From Cetorhinus maximus (Eukaryota): DNA of 64,000 bases. The notes under the pieces were generated by a model. The model had not been told where the DNA came from, searched no databases, and saw nothing but the letters and a program-made list of their open reading frames with translations. Where the stretch lies: positions 98,518,001 through 98,582,000 of the forward strand of contig NC_135882.1 in assembly GCF_964194155.1 (NCBI RefSeq), read 5' to 3'. Shown here one piece after another: positions 25,705 to 39,649 of the stretch (position 1 is the stretch's first letter; each line of letters starts with the position of its first letter). The position numbers and the translations under genes were made by a program.

Positions 25705-25709
25705 TACTG

Positions 25710-27040
25710 CCTCCTCCTCCTCCTTTTCCTTGTACTCCTGATCCCAGCTTCTTACCTGCTAAGTGCTGACAAAGCCTGCTCTCTCATAATGGCCAAGTTG
25801 TGCAGTACAACCACAAGTCTTGATACCTGCTCAGCTTAGTACTGCAGGGCTTCTGTAGAGAAGTCCAGGCAGCAGAAATGTTGTGTAAGGATGCCAATGG
25901 TGCTTTCTATAATGTTCTTTATGGCAGCATGGCTCTTGTTGTAGGCTGGCTGTGCAATGGTTCCAGACCAGAGTCATGAACCATGTCATGGATAATTCTT
26001 GTCGCCCAGTAGCCAGCCTTTATCTTGCCATCACTTGTCAAATACAGGTGACACGGAAGAATGCAGCAGAAAGAAGGAATCATGACTATTGTTAGGATAA
26101 TGAATATTCACCTGCATGGTCCCACGCCAGCTGACACTGAGGAAATAGAATCCCTTTCAGTTTATGAAATGGTCGAATTCACATTATAGGTACACACAGG
26201 GCACTGCACATGCAGTCAATGGCAACCCATGCACACCCTTGTGCTCAGACCATCTGCTTGAACGCGGCAAGAGGAAATGAGGTTAAACTGTTTCTCTGTG
26301 TATAAAGAGCCACAATGACCTCCCTTGAGATGTTGCTCATATCTCCAGCAGCAGCCAACCACATAAAAATTAAGAGCTAAAGTCACCTCTGTAGCTACAG
26401 GCAATGCTGTCCTTTCCCTGCTTTGAATTGGAAGTGTATTTCCCGTTTTAGCAGTTGACGCATTTCAGTTGCAAAACCTTAGGTGAAGCCAAGATATCTC
26501 AAGCTTTTGTCCTAACTAAAGTTGAGTTAATTTAAATACTCCCTAAAGACCCTTGCCAAACATGACATCCTGCTGAAAGCCCTTCTCCCGCGCTCCCTCT
26601 TCTAGAAACTTGCTCCCTCTCACTTCATTAGTTATGTTCAATTCTCAGATTAAACTCTATCAGTTCACCCATGTTTGAGCACAAGCTTTTAAATGAAAGC
26701 TTTTAAAGTGCTTAGCCAAGTATAGGAAAGCATCAAAAATGTATACAATTGCACTAGAAGTGCAAATAAATAATCCAATTAATAGTGCTGGTTGGGGGGG
26801 AACCTTCATTCTGTTTAACAAGTGTGTGAGGTCAAGGCAGGGCACAGGCTACAGCATGAAGTCCAAAAATCATGGCACCAAATCAGCACCGCACATTGAA
26901 TGATGTCATAATCTGCCTGATATGCAATCCCCTTTATTAATATGACAGCCAGTGTACTTTCTGTCAAATTATGACCCGAATCTCAGAGCCCAGCATTAGG
27001 AAGTGTTTAAAAAGCAGGCACTACAGAGCCCAATTTTTCC
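25710..27040 (-). mobile_element. Decayed Harbinger transposase with upstream terminus
   Basis: Minus-strand remnants LPVATEVTLALNFY, KGFYFL and YNKSHAAIKNIIESTIGILTQHFCCLD..LHNLAI; TIR-like AATTTTTCCC at 27031-27040. Confidence 0.8.
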
Positions 27041-27229
27041 CTTACTATTTCCAGTGTCATTCTCGTTATAATGTTTTGGGCTAAGTCCAGATATTGAGCC
27101 TTACCTCTGGTTTTGGCTGGGATATAGTGTGCTGCTTCCGGATTTAAAAGCCATCATCATAATCCTTTTTTCTTTGCCGATGAATAAAAGGTTCAGATGG
27201 TGAACTGTATCTGGCATGTCTGCAGTTTG

Positions 27230-27460
27230 GTTAACAGCTCCAGGTTTTCAAATGGAGCAGTGGAAGTACTTTGGGGAGAAATATGGCAGTGCAGGGTGTT
27301 GTAAGATCCCAAAGAGGGCAGCTGAGGGAATGGAAGGAGGTGGCCAGGGCAGTGAATATAAATTCTAGCACACCATGCGCACCTAGCAGTGCAGAAAGGC
27401 CTTGTGCTGTAAGGGAAAGTAAGAGAAGCTACCAAAAATGTCCAAGATTGCACTGTGATA
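27230..27460 (+). pseudogene. Decayed Harbinger Myb/SANT exon
   Basis: RFSNGAVEVL..REWKEVARAVN..QCRK motifs spread across frameshifts. Confidence 0.6.
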
Positions 27461-27589
27461 AGCATGACTGCTACTTGTAACCACTGCTTCCAATTGTAAT
27501 AAAGTACTTAACCATTCATCATTAGTGCCCACGAGGTAGCATTGTCAAAGACGGGTAGCACAGTGTATTGTTGTAAAATAGAGACACTA

Positions 27590-28260
27590 GGTGGAATTTA
27601 AATTTCTCCCCCAGAGGTGGGCTGGGAGGTGAGGGGGGCTAGCTAATCTGGCTGGAAGGTGCAAGGTGGAGACTCCATTGTCCCCCCAACTCGCCCCAAT
27701 TAAGACCAGGGTGGAAACAGTCAAGGGTGGCTTTCCCACCCAGAGGCCAATTGAGGCCTTTATGTGGTCACTTAGGGGCCATTGGTGTTTTAAAAATGGC
27801 AGGTGCGTGCCATGCCATGTGGGCAACCCGCCAGGTAAACCCTGGAATGTATGTCCCTCCTAAGTGGGCAGCCCATGCCCAACAGAGACCCATCGGCAGA
27901 GTGTGCCACCCACATGTGAAGACCCAGTCTGCCCTTTAAACTAACTCCCCTCCAACACACCCCTTCATCCTGACTGACCCTGGCTATCCTGCCTCATCTA
28001 CATTTCCTCCAAGGCTCCAGCAACAACCTTCTGCCTGAGTGTACTGCTCCCAATGGAGCTGGCACTACTAAAGAGCTTCTGGACTCTGAATGTTGGCAGC
28101 TCTTGGCGGTGAGAAATTTTCACTGAAGACACCGAGGACCTCGTCGCCAAAAATGTAAGTGCCTCATTGGCACTAAACCGGGTTTTTGGGGGGTGGGGTG
28201 AGGATGCTCCAGGAAAGGCCGCGATGGAGCTACCTCCAGCTCCCCAGCCAGGAGACAAGC
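27590..28260. mobile_element. Harbinger-type MITE fragment
   Basis: Starts GGTGGAATTTA; shares GAGGCC..GTGG.CA.TTA and GGCAGCTC..GAGG blocks with 12469-13248. Confidence 0.6.
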
Positions 28261-30487
28261 TTACCACTGTGACCATCATAGTTTACAGATATTTGCATAA
28301 TGCAGTGATAATCTCTTCATTTAACTGGGCATTGGGATAGTGGAATCTTTTCTTGTTCATGTAGTGCAAGGGAGCACATAAATCACAGATACATGGTCCT
28401 ATGACTTCAAGAACCTTCTGAATGCTTGCCATACTGTAAAATTGCAGGGTGCTCTTGTGCTGCCATCAGTTTTACATAAGGAAAGACATGAAATTATTTA
28501 CAAATCATGCAAATAATGCATTCACCACTGACTTGATGCAATTGCGCATAGCTGATGGGCTAACGTTCGTGATTTCCTCAATGGCAGCTTGAAATGACCT
28601 CATTCTATAAAAGCTACAGGTGGCTCTGGCTAACAATCCTGGATGCTGGGTCTTTACAAGCATGAAAGAAGAAATAGCCCAAATAACTGGCAAATGTGGA
28701 AAAATGCATTGCATTGCATTATTTTTGCTTTATTTACATGGTCCATGCAAAATTAATGTCTGCCTCCTGGAACCACCAGTGAAGACAGCAGAAAATTGGA
28801 TGGATGCATCGGTTGGCTGAGATCTAGCACCGATCTTGCAAATTGGGTGAACATGATGGAAAGTCAAGTGTGCAAAGTAAACAAGACCGCAGACAAAGGT
28901 CCAATAAACTCAAATACTGGGAAATATTGACCTGAAATGTTAATTGCATATCAATTGAGTTTAATTGTATGCAGGTGGTGGGCATTAACTGGGTTTCACT
29001 TGAGCAAATGTAAAAAGACACTTCTTGAATTTGTGGTGGGGTTGAGTTAGGAGGTATATGCTTGTAAGGTTTAATTCTGTCAATAAATGTAAGATTGAGA
29101 AAAGATTGGCTCCAGTACTCTCCTTCACCAACTTGTTTTTCAACATGTAACAGGACAATCCATCCTGCAAAGCAAGGTGTTGAAATGAAGTAGAACTGTA
29201 GTCCTAGCGTCAGAGCAAAAGGCAGTCCCAATGTATCACAATGTTATTCTATGGTAAAATAGATAAACTCATGGCCAATTTTCCTATATTCTTAAAAGAG
29301 TAACTCTTTTTGTGAGTTTGTATTTATGTTTATTTATGTGTTTATTATGTTTAAAATATTTTTGCAATATTCTTGGAATATTGAAAAACTAAATTGGTGA
29401 CAACACTTAAAAAAAATCTATTTTGAAAAATTTCAGTGGTACCTCTTCTGGTTGCTAGTTGCTTATTTGCATATTTGTTTTCTGCATGTTAGTTTGCCAT
29501 CTGTAGTTTTTTTCGGCCTGTTTAGTCATATTTAATGTAATAAAGCACCATTAGCTGCTTTCCTATGAGTGATCCCCTGAGATGCTGCAAATGTGAGGGC
29601 ATGCTGCAGATGTGACACTTTGAAATGTGTGATGCACTGCATACTTCTGTTAGATGTACTAGATTTCATTGTAGAGTTTGGTCTAATTTGAAGATAAATG
29701 TCAGTTGGCATTTACATTGAAATATATCAAAAACCTTAAACACCAGAATCTGAAATGAAAATAAAAGATACTGGAAATACGCAGCAGGTCATTGAAAAGG
29801 AAACATCAATTTTTGAAAGCCTTTTTCTCCCCCTCTGATACCAAATGTCATGAAATTGTTAAGGTTGGCAAAATGATAACTGACTTAATTGTTGATTTTG
29901 CTTAAAATCTAAACGATATCACGAATGACAAAATGGTTCACAGTATATGTCATACATTCTTGTGAAAAATATAATTTCTACTTGTACCAGCCCCAGTAGC
30001 CCCAAATAATACAGATGTTACATTTCAAGCTGAACTAATACAATTACATTTCAGAAAGGTAGAAATGCGATAACATTAAAGTAATGCTGGACACCATCTG
30101 TGGGTAGCCACTCAGCACTGTATGTGCAGTTTAAATCCAGCCCAAAACCTGAGTGCATTTGTCACTGTGTCACTGTGTAATCAAGCTACAAGTCCAAACT
30201 ATTTGATGAGAAATGTAGTTAAAGGCACTTTATCTTGTATAGCACAACATTTTATAAAACGTCAATTGAAAATGTACATGAAAAGTATTGAAAATACTCA
30301 TGTCTCAAACAGTTGTACGAGGTTAATTTTATAAATCTATGAGAGCATAAGATCATAAGAAATAGGAGCATGAGTAGGCAATTTGGATTCTAGAGCCTGC
30401 TCCGCCATTCAATAAGATCATGGCTGATCTGCTTGTGGCCATAATTCCACTTTCCTGTGTGCCACCACACACTGCTCCCCACCCCCA

Positions 30488-31055
30488 GTTGGAGTTGACG
30501 GAAACGGCGGAGGATGATCCTTTGAATGCGGAGGCTGGTGGGGTGATAAGTGAGGACAAGAGGGATCCTATCATGGTTCTGGGAGGGAGAGGAAGGTGTG
30601 AGGGCGGAATCGTGGGAGATGGGTCGGACACGGTTGAGGGCCCTGTCAACGACCGTGGGTGGGAAACCTTGGTTAAGGAAGAAGACATATCAGAAGCGCC
30701 GTTTTGGAAAGTGGCATCATGAGAACAGATGCGATGGAGGCGAAGGAACTGAGAGAATGGGATGGAGTCCTTACAGGAAGCAGGGTGTATGGAACTGTAG
30801 TCGAAGTAGCTGTGGGAGTTGGTGGGCTTATAGTAAATATTGGTGGACAGTCTATCACCAGAAATTGAGACAGAGAGGTCAAGGAAAGGAAGGGAAGTGT
30901 CGGAGATGGACCATGTGAAGGTGATGGAGGGGTGGAAAGTGGAAGCAAAATTGATAAGTTTTTCCAGGTCCAGATGACAACATGAAGCGGCACCAAAACA
31001 GTCAATGATGTACTGAAAGAAGAGTTGTTGGAGGGGGCCCGAGTAGGATTGAAAC
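30488..31055 (-). mobile_element. Penelope-like RT C-terminal segment (inverted)
   Basis: FFQYIIDCF (YIDD-like), LPFLDL, YYKPTN..HP..SIPFSQFLRLHRICS. Confidence 0.93.
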
Positions 31056-32180
31056 ACATCTTCCCTTCACCCACCCCCCCCCCTCCAACCCGCCGCCCCG
31101 TCGGCATTCCGTAGGCACCGTTCCCTCCGGGACACCTTGCTCCACTCCTCCATCACTCCCAACACATTATATCCCTCCCATGGCACCTTCCCAGGCAATC
31201 ACAGAAGATGCAACACCTGTCCCTTTACCTCCTTCCTCCTCACCATCCAAGGGCCCAAACACTCCTTCCAGGTGAAGCAGCGCTTCATTTGCACCTCCTT
31301 CAATTTGGTCTACTGCATTCACTGCTCCCAATGCGGCCTCCTCTACATTGGAGAGACCAAATGCAGACTGGGCGACCACTTTGCGGAACACCTTCGGTCT
31401 GTCCACAAGCATGACCCAGACCTCCCTGTCGCTTGCCATTTCAACACCCCATCCTGCTCTCATGCCCACATGTCCGTCCTTGACCTGCTGCAATGTTCCA
31501 GTGAAGCCCAACGCAAACTGGAGGAACAGCACCACATCTTCCGATTGGGCACTTTACAGCCTTCCGGACTTAACATTGAGTTCAACAACTTCAGATCCTG
31601 AACTCTCTCCTCCATCCTCATCCCCTTTGTATCCCCTTTTGTCAACATTCATTCTCATTTCTTAATTTTTACTCTTTCATTTTTTAATTTTTAGTTTTTA
31701 TCCACTTATTTTTATTTTTATTATTTTTATTTTCATTTTTATTTATTGTTTTATCCCCACCTTTTATCCTATTTTCAATCTTTTCTCCCACCACCGTCCC
31801 CTCCCCTCACCCGACCCCCACAAGGACCATCTGTCACTTGTTCATGTTGTTCTTTCCAGAGTGTTACCCTTGTCCTGCCATTATCACATTTTGCTTTCTG
31901 ATCTTAATGCCACCATCAGCACCTCCTTTAGCCAGTATCACTATCATTAACACCCCTTTGTCCTTTTATCCATGACATCTCTGGCAATCTCTCCTTTGCC
32001 TCCACCTATCACTGGTCTTCTATCCAGCTTCACCTGCTCCACCCTCCCTTAAACAGTATAAATTTTATTTCATTTTACATCTCTTTAGCTTTGGAGAAGA
32101 GTCATAAGGACTCAAAATGTTTTTTTTCTCTCCACAGATGCTGTTAGACCTGCTGAGTTTTTCCAGCATTTTCTGTTTTT
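31052..32180 (+). mobile_element. Penelope-like GIY-YIG endonuclease and 3' tail
   Basis: ORF 31137-31601 with CNTC, VYCIHCSQCGLLYIGET, EH, HF and GLN motifs. Confidence 0.95.
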
Positions 32181-33196
32181 GTTGCTTATGTTCAATGACA
32201 TGGCTTCCACTCCTCTCTGGAGAAGAGAATTCCAAACACTAATGACTCTCAGAGAAGAAATTCCTGCTCATCTCCATCTCATTTTGAAACTGTGCTCCCT
32301 AGTTTTAGATTCCACCCCTCCACCCTCCTCCCGTGGGAAAATATCCCCTCAACATCTACCCTGTCAAGTCCCCTGAGAATCTTACATGTTTCAATTAGAT
32401 CATCTCTCATTCTTCTAAACTTCAATGTGTACAAGCCCAACCTTTTCAGTCTCTCTTTATCACACAAACCCCTCACCCCAGGAATAAGCTGAGAGAACCA
32501 TCTCCAAACCGCTTCCAATGCAAATATGTCCCTCCTTAAGAAAGTTAACCAAAACTGTACACCAAACTTTAGGTGTGGTCTCACCAATGCCCTGTACACT
32601 TGTAGCAAGACTTTTCTACTCTTACACTCCAACCCTTTTGCAATAAAGGCCAACATTCTATTTGCCTTTCTAATTACTTGCTGTACTTGCATGCTGACTT
32701 TTTGTGATTCATAACAAGGACACCTAGATCCCTCTGTGCTGCAACAATTCTGTAGTCTCTTTCCCTTTAAATAATATTCTGCTTTTCTGTTCTTCCTGTT
32801 AAAGTGGGCAACCTCACACTTTCCCACATTACACTCCATCTGCCAAATGTTCCCCACTCACTTAACTTACCTACATCCCTTTGAAGCTCTTTGTCTCCTC
32901 CTCAACTTGCTTTCCAACTATCTTTGTATGGTCAGCAAAATTGTCTACAACACAGTGGGTCCCTTTATCCAAGTCATTAATATAGATTGTAAATAGTTGA
33001 GGCCCCAGCTCTCCATTAGTTACATTATGCCATCCTGAAAATTACTCATTTATCCCGGCTCTCTGTTTCCTGTTAGTTAGCCAGCCCTCTATTCATGCTA
33101 ATATATCAACCCCTAATGCCATAAGCTCTTATCTTGTGTGGCAAACTTTTCTTTGGCACCTTATTAAAATGCCTTTTGGAAATCTACATACATTAC

Positions 33197-33500
33197 GGGC
33201 CGAATCTTCCTGCCCAGCCAACAGCCGGAGTCATGGCATTTGGCAGGAGGCAAAAAATCTGTTTTCTGGCAGTGGGATTATTGATGTTTGAATTTTGTTC
33301 CCCCACAACATCCAAGGCAAGATAAAGGTGGGTCAAGCTTCCCGATGAACAATGTCTGGAACCCCATTTGCATGCATTAGCACCTTGTGCATTCTCATTA
33401 AAAGTCCATCTTGCCGGTATTAAGCTTGCCCTCCAAATTAAGTTCCCTACCAGTGAGAATTTAGAATGTTTAGTTTTGCGCCTGGTGAGCTTCACTTCTT
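33197..33500. mobile_element. Harbinger-type left terminus
   Basis: Starts GGGCCGAATCTTCC and truncates the CR1. Confidence 0.6.
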
Positions 33501-34299
33501 CCATAACTTTGAGGTCCATTGACACTGCTTTTGTCTTCTTGGGGACCTTGACATGAGTGAAGTTATGCGAGTGCCGGTAGCAAAAGCTGCACCAAGGCTG
33601 GACATAGGAGGTGGGCAAGTGGGAAAAGAGGTGGTGGGAGAAAGAGAGTGTTTTGGGGAAGTGGAGTGTCTTTGAAGGCGAGGTCGGTGGTGTCGACGGT
33701 GGGGTCCTGCGGGATGAACTCAGGGTAATAGTGATAGTAGGGTACAGTCACAGTTGGGGGGGCAGTGGGTGGGTGTTGGGGAGAAGTGGGATGCGGTAGG
33801 ATGGCAGATCCAGGGTGACAGCTTGTTAGGTGTAGGTCTCGTGATGGTCAGAGGGGAGCTGTTCACAGAGGGGGACTAGAAAGGTGGCTCTGATAACAGG
33901 AGGGGCAGAATCAGGGTGGGCATGGGCAACAGGTGTTGGCTTAGCAGAGAGGGAAGGCATGTGAAAGTGGATCATAATAGGATCCTGGGCAATGTGGGGG
34001 AAGTTCAAGGATGACAGAGGGGAGAAGAATGGTGATATTGGGTGGGTTAAGGATGATGGGGGAAGTTGTGGGTGACAGGAAGAGGGTACAAGGTGGTGGA
34101 CCAAGTTTGGAAGGTGACACGCACCATTTTTCAAATCTGACTGACCACTTAGTCAGTCAGCGAGATGCCTTGAAGTGGGAGGAGGATCTTTTGGGTGGGT
34201 GGAGTTCAAGGTCAGCATGTGCAGACGACTAACAGGAGCCATAATAATTATGAGGCAACTGGATGTCAACCATTCTCAGTTGTGTTCTCCTCTCTATGG

Positions 34300-35380
34300 T
34301 GAAGCCCAGTGAATTCGGCTCTCAGCTTAGTTTGTGCTCTTGGCATGAGCATTTACCTTCAACAGCTTCATTATCGGGTCACCATCATTGAGCAATTTCA
34401 CACAGGTCTGTGAAGATTATGATGTTGCACAAAACACCAGTGTCTATCTGACATTCATATTAACTTGATGCTGTCCTTCTGCAGTCATCATTCCAATAGT
34501 CACAAAACATTTTTTCCTTGAGACTTGAGAGTGTCAGCCTGTTTTAGGGTGTGGAGGATTCATCAGGATCATCACCCTACACTTCTCCACTAACTATCTT
34601 TATAGGTTTGCTTTTCTTCTTTCCAGTAAAACACCTGTGTGCAAAGTGTTCCAGCTTCTTACAGTTCAAGCACATGCTTCCTTTTCTTTTGAGTGGTGTC
34701 CTCTGCAAAATTTACATCTGGTGCTCTGGCCTTGATCTTTCTGATGCCCCTTCTGTAACTAGTTCTCCCTTTCCTCCATTGTCTTGTGCTTGGAAGGCCT
34801 GAACTGCCTCTCAACATGGTGCAAAACCTCATCAGGTCCCCCATCAATACACTCCAGCTGATTATTGATCACTTCAGAGTTTCTGCACATGTCAATTGCT
34901 TTCTTGAGGGCAAGTTTCACTTCTCTCAGCAGAAGTGCTCTTACGGTGGGATCTCTTGTTCCTAAGACAATCCTATCTCTGCGCGTATCATCCTTCAGTT
35001 GCACCAAATTAAGATTCAGCTAGAAGTCTAAATGCAGTCACATGCTGGTCAATATTCTCCCCCTCTTCCTGAGCTCTGGTGTTGAATATGTAGCGTTCAT
35101 AAGTAACATTAACAGAAGACTTAAAGAGGGTCTTCAAGGCCTCCAGAATTTCAAAAGACTGGCGTTTCTGGTCCTTATTTAGATCTAGGTGCAATACAGC
35201 CTGTAACACTCTTCCCCCAGCACTGACAGTAGAGTTGCTATCTTATTTGTTCAGGTTTCTTGTTTAACTCAGTGGCGATTTCATAGTTTTGCTGCTGAGA
35301 CTGGAAGAATTTCCAATCCATTCTCAAATCTCCCTTCATCTCCATAACGGCCAGTACTGGAATATTCAAAGCCATGCTGA
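34300..35380 (-). mobile_element. Gypsy/Ty3-type LTR retrotransposon gag-protease relic
   Basis: YERYIFNTRAQEEGENID, RDRIVLG..LLLRE..AIDMCR, zinc knuckle CLNCKKLEHFAHRC (~34633-34675) and protease QIDTG (~34436-34452). Confidence 0.9.
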
Positions 35381-37084
35381 CTCACCCAACAGTCAATATC
35401 CTGTACAGAGTTGCAGAATGAAGTTTTAATTATTCTTTTCTGTTTGACTGGCACTCTTCCAGCTATCAAAATCCACTCAATTTCAGCTGCACATGCCTGG
35501 CATTATGTTCCAAGTGGTGGATGAAATAACTTCTGCCCTCAAGCCTTTATACACAAAGGATGACATCAGAGGTCAAAGACTATGGCGAGCTATTGCAAGT
35601 CATAATGCACAAAGGCACTTCTCCAAACATCTGGGCTTTGCATCTATAAAATGTTGAGCCTTCTGAAATTGAAGTCTTTTGGATGCTGAATTCCAACCAA
35701 TGTCTGAAAAAATTCTGAATGGGAATGTTACAAAAATAGAGCACTCACCTGCCTGTCCTAGACCTGCCTTGCAACCCTTGCTTGACCCTCTGCTTGGCAG
35801 GTGCCTAAGGCCGACCATGCTGGCATGTTTGACTTGATACCCACTGGGCGAGGATCACTCCCACTCCTATCTCATTTACATCTCCGCAATAGCTCTGCAT
35901 CTGCTGCAGATGCTGGGCCACCTACACATTCCTGAGGAAACCCTAGAAATCACAGGACCATATTTTGTCAGGTTTCTGTCCCTTTTTAAAAATATTCCCG
36001 GCGGCGAATGTCAGCAGAATTGGCCTGTGAACTTGTGGGGTCTAGTATCCATGACTGAAAGCTACAAATAGCTAGATTTTGATACTGGAACATTTAACTA
36101 CTTAACTTACCAGCACATTTCTCCACACGGTGCTCTTACCATATAGTTTAGTTCCTCAGAGGCGCAGCTTTGAATCACATCATGACAATCAATATTCATA
36201 AGGACCTAAATAGTCTTTCCATCAGTATGTGTCAATTGTTTTTTAAGGAAGGTGAAAACAACTTAAGGTAGGGTGTTTGAAGTAAAATAGTGCACCGAAA
36301 TTGTACCATGGACAGGAAAACATTCACAGCCAAATAATATGCGTAATGATTCCTCTTAGGGACATTTTGTTAATTATTGAAGCAACCGAGAAGGCAGGGA
36401 AAATCATATTACTGATCTCTTAAAGAAAAATCTGAAAGTTACAAGCTGAATTTCACATGGCAAAGTCAAATGTAACAAGAACACAGTGTCAACCCGAAGG
36501 TATTGGTTGCAAAACCAATTACATGTCCTATTTTAAAAGAAAGGTGAACTTTCCTTAATTTGAATTTGAAACTGATCACAATATAGGAAGACCTTGAACA
36601 TGACAAGTCATCTGCTCCAGGCTTCAGAAATGGTCTACTCACAGTAAATCATTAGTTTGATGGAAAGAGGTAATTTATAATGAAACATTATAATAGACAG
36701 TGATGCAGTAGCTTCATTTTATGGATTGTGTAGGCAACTATTAATGATAGGGTGTGTTTACATGGACTAGGAAAACATTGGGAGTTTTGACATCAGGCTG
36801 GGAGTCCCGTTCAAGGTAATTGACAGCACAAGTGAGCTCATCGAACATTAAAGTATTAGAGAATTCCTATACACATAGTAGGCAACTGAGTGCGCAGGAG
36901 ACACATTGCAGAAAATCGCAGACGCACAGCCCAAGATTCCTGGGAGGCACACAGTTCCCATTAAAAGTACAGGATTTCAGGTTTGGCCCTACTGTGCTAT
37001 ATTTCTATTATATTTACAATTTTTTCCACCATTTCTTCCCTCCACTCTTGCAGAAACAACTTTTGTTGGGGTAGAGCTCCAAAG

Positions 37085-37432
37085 ATGCCTACACCTCTCT
37101 GGCACTTTGCTGAGAAGCCATTCCTCATGTCAGACCTAGACAGTAAGTTTCAGTAGGCTATTTGCCTTTGGAGGATATCGTGGTAGAGCCTAATTCTGCT
37201 CATGTCTGATGTTTACACACATGCACTCTCCCGTGAGGGTCACTGGACAGCTTTCAAAAGTCGGATCCTTCTGTTTCCTAGCCCCTCGGTATTGAGGTCT
37301 GTTATAGCATCCTTGTTGCTGCACCATCTGAGATCAACTAAACATACACAGGCAGGGGATCAAAGCTAGGGTTTTCTGATCTATTTTGCTCTTAACTTGG
37401 CAGTACCTGCATCCACTAAGCCATTGGGAGAG
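37085..37432 (-). mobile_element. Old tRNA-derived SINE, AmnSINE2-like
   Basis: Minus strand GCTCTCCCAATGGCTTAGTGG..TTGATCTCAG..TCCAGTGACCC..AATAGCCT..ACTGTCTAGG resembles AmnSINE2 as I recall it. Confidence 0.6.
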
Positions 37433-38269
37433 CTTATGTACCTTTTTGTTTTAATGATCGAGGCTACTCAATTATAAATTGTATGGTGACAACCGCAAAG
37501 AAGTATTATGCTCACAGTTAAAACTGAAAAAGAGATTTATTTCATTGCATGCATTGGCAGCTCTCCAGGCTGGGGCTAAACTTGGAAGAAAGGCATTTTG
37601 TTTTTCCAGTTACTTTGAGCTGTTTAAATCATATTGCAATGTACATGTAGAGATTCACAGGCCACTTCTAATACACCAATTAATAGGGACTAATGGATTG
37701 GGCCTGATAAAATAGGATGATTTAATTTCCAATGGGACAGCCTAATAAATAGCCTTCAATAGTGATGTTTCAGTAATATTCAGACTATGGTACCATTTTT
37801 CAGTATTGAACTGACAATCATTATCTAATAAATATGCAGTGATTAAATGAGAACTGTTAATACCTCAGTGTGGCCATCACCACATATTAACTTGGTACAT
37901 ACCAGCTGTGACAGCTGCTGTCACAAAGCCAGCAGAACAAAACTGAATAAAATGACCACATGAACTTCACAGAATATACTATGAACTTGCACTGGCGACC
38001 TGAGATTGATAGACTTGAATTTCATCTTCAGATTGCCAACTGAGATTTTCATTCAGTCCATGACATTGGCCAAAACCGCTCAATAAGACTTATCACATTG
38101 ATGCACACAGTAGGGTAGTTGCTGGGGTGTTGCTCAAGAATCTAATTACCTTTTACTTCCCCTTCCCCCATGGGAAGTTATGAAATGAAACCATGTCTGG
38201 TTTGGCCTAAGATCAGAATCAAATGATCATGACAGCTGCCATATTGTCATAAACTGGGTCGCTAGGTCA

Positions 38270-38427
38270 ACTGAAAATTGATATTGATAGATTATTGTTG
38301 GGCAAGGGTATTAAACGATCTGGAACCAAGGCAGATAAATAGAGCTGAGATCCACATAACCATGATCTAATGGAACATCAGAACAGACTCGAGGGGTTAA
38401 ACAGTTACTTCTGTTCCTATGTCCCTA
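38270..38427 (+). mobile_element. Old CR1 3' tail
   Basis: GATAGATT..AAGGGTATTAA..CCATGATCT..CTCGAGGGG..CTGTTCCTATGT. Confidence 0.75.
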
Positions 38428-38509
38428 GCCATTCTGGAATTCACGTGACTCCAATCCCTTACAATCAGGAAGATATTCACTAGCAAGGAGAAGCAGGTCT
38501 GGGTGCATG

Positions 38510-38600
38510 TGGGGGTGGAGGTGAGGTTGGTGGTGGTGGAGGTGGAGGTGGGGGCGGGGGTGATGGAGGTAGGTGGGGTTGGTGGTGGGGGTGGTGGAGG
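38510..38600 (+). repeat. (GGT)n-like microsatellite
   Basis: Imperfect GGT/GGA repeats. Confidence 0.85.
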
Positions 38601-39649
38601 TTAAGTATTAAAGTATTGAATTTAAAATCAGGTCAGGATCCCAACATCATTCCATTCTCTTCTGGGGTTAGGACTGAAGGCAAGTGGGGAACTCTCTTGG
38701 ATCTGTCGGGTAATTTATTAAGGTAATAAAAAAAATCCAGTTGAGAACTGTTTAACCCTCATCTCAGTATTTTCCAGCCAGAGAACTTATTTCCCAGCCT
38801 GTCAGCAATTCACCAGGGACACCGAGGTGAGTGAAAAGCAGGCAAACCTTCTTCAGTGAAACTGACAAACTCGGATTGTTTAATCTGAAGCCAGTCATGG
38901 CCGGGCGAGAGGCTGCTGTTTAAGGTACTCTTTCCCTCAAGAACCCTATCACCGATTGTCAATCAGATGATGTTGGACTGCTTCCCAGTTCTATCTTGTT
39001 TTGTTACTCCAAACACAGACATCAATTGTAATAAATGTAGAATCAGGTATTTGCCTTTAATGAGCTCATGTTACTCAATTCAACTAAGCACTCAGTGAAC
39101 ACATACAATTCCATTTGATAATATGATTCTTTATTATTGAGTTTATGAATCATTATAAGATCTCAGCTACCAAGCCTCACAATTCCATCCTGACTCCAAG
39201 AAACAGTGGTTTACTCAAAACACTTAAGCCAATTCTATCTTTTGTTCTCTATATTCCATGCATACTAACATCAAAATTCACATAGTGCAGACTTCAGATA
39301 TACAACATGGAGCCAAAAAGATATATTGATGTCCTCAATCTCTCCCAATGATTCTGTTAGCATGATTATGGTCCATTTAAGCTCTTCAATCATTTTACTA
39401 CGATAAACAGTGATCAAACAACATATTCCAGACCCTTAACACAGGGATGAGTGACCTCCCTTCAACTGGGCCCACTTCACAAAGCACCCCTGTTCAGGAG
39501 AATTGAAAGCTGGTTTAGCTCATTGTATGCTGATCCTACAAAGAACGAGATATATGAGAATATTCCAACAGAAGGCAATTCACCTGCCTAGCACCTCGCT
39601 CACCATCAACTGCACTCCCTTGCTGCCAGTCTGCAACACAACAGCCATG

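Larger units (their letters stand above)
30347..33195 (-). mobile_element. CR1 LINE (30347-30480 plus 32190-33195) split by a Penelope insertion
   Basis: (CATAAGAT)n tail and UTR at left; ORF 32279-32857 (YRALVRPHL, RRMRDDLIETCKI) at right. Confidence 0.9.

Noticed and set aside
25710-27460. Single head-to-head transposase/Myb element
   Set aside because: A TIR-like end at about 27040 lies between the two, so separate fragments are more likely
28824-29231. 135-aa ORF as a host gene
   Set aside because: No recognisable domain and no consistent splice partner
36111-36205. Possible minus-strand exon with two donors
   Set aside because: Open frame is phase 0 and does not fit the phase-1 intron; acceptor is weak
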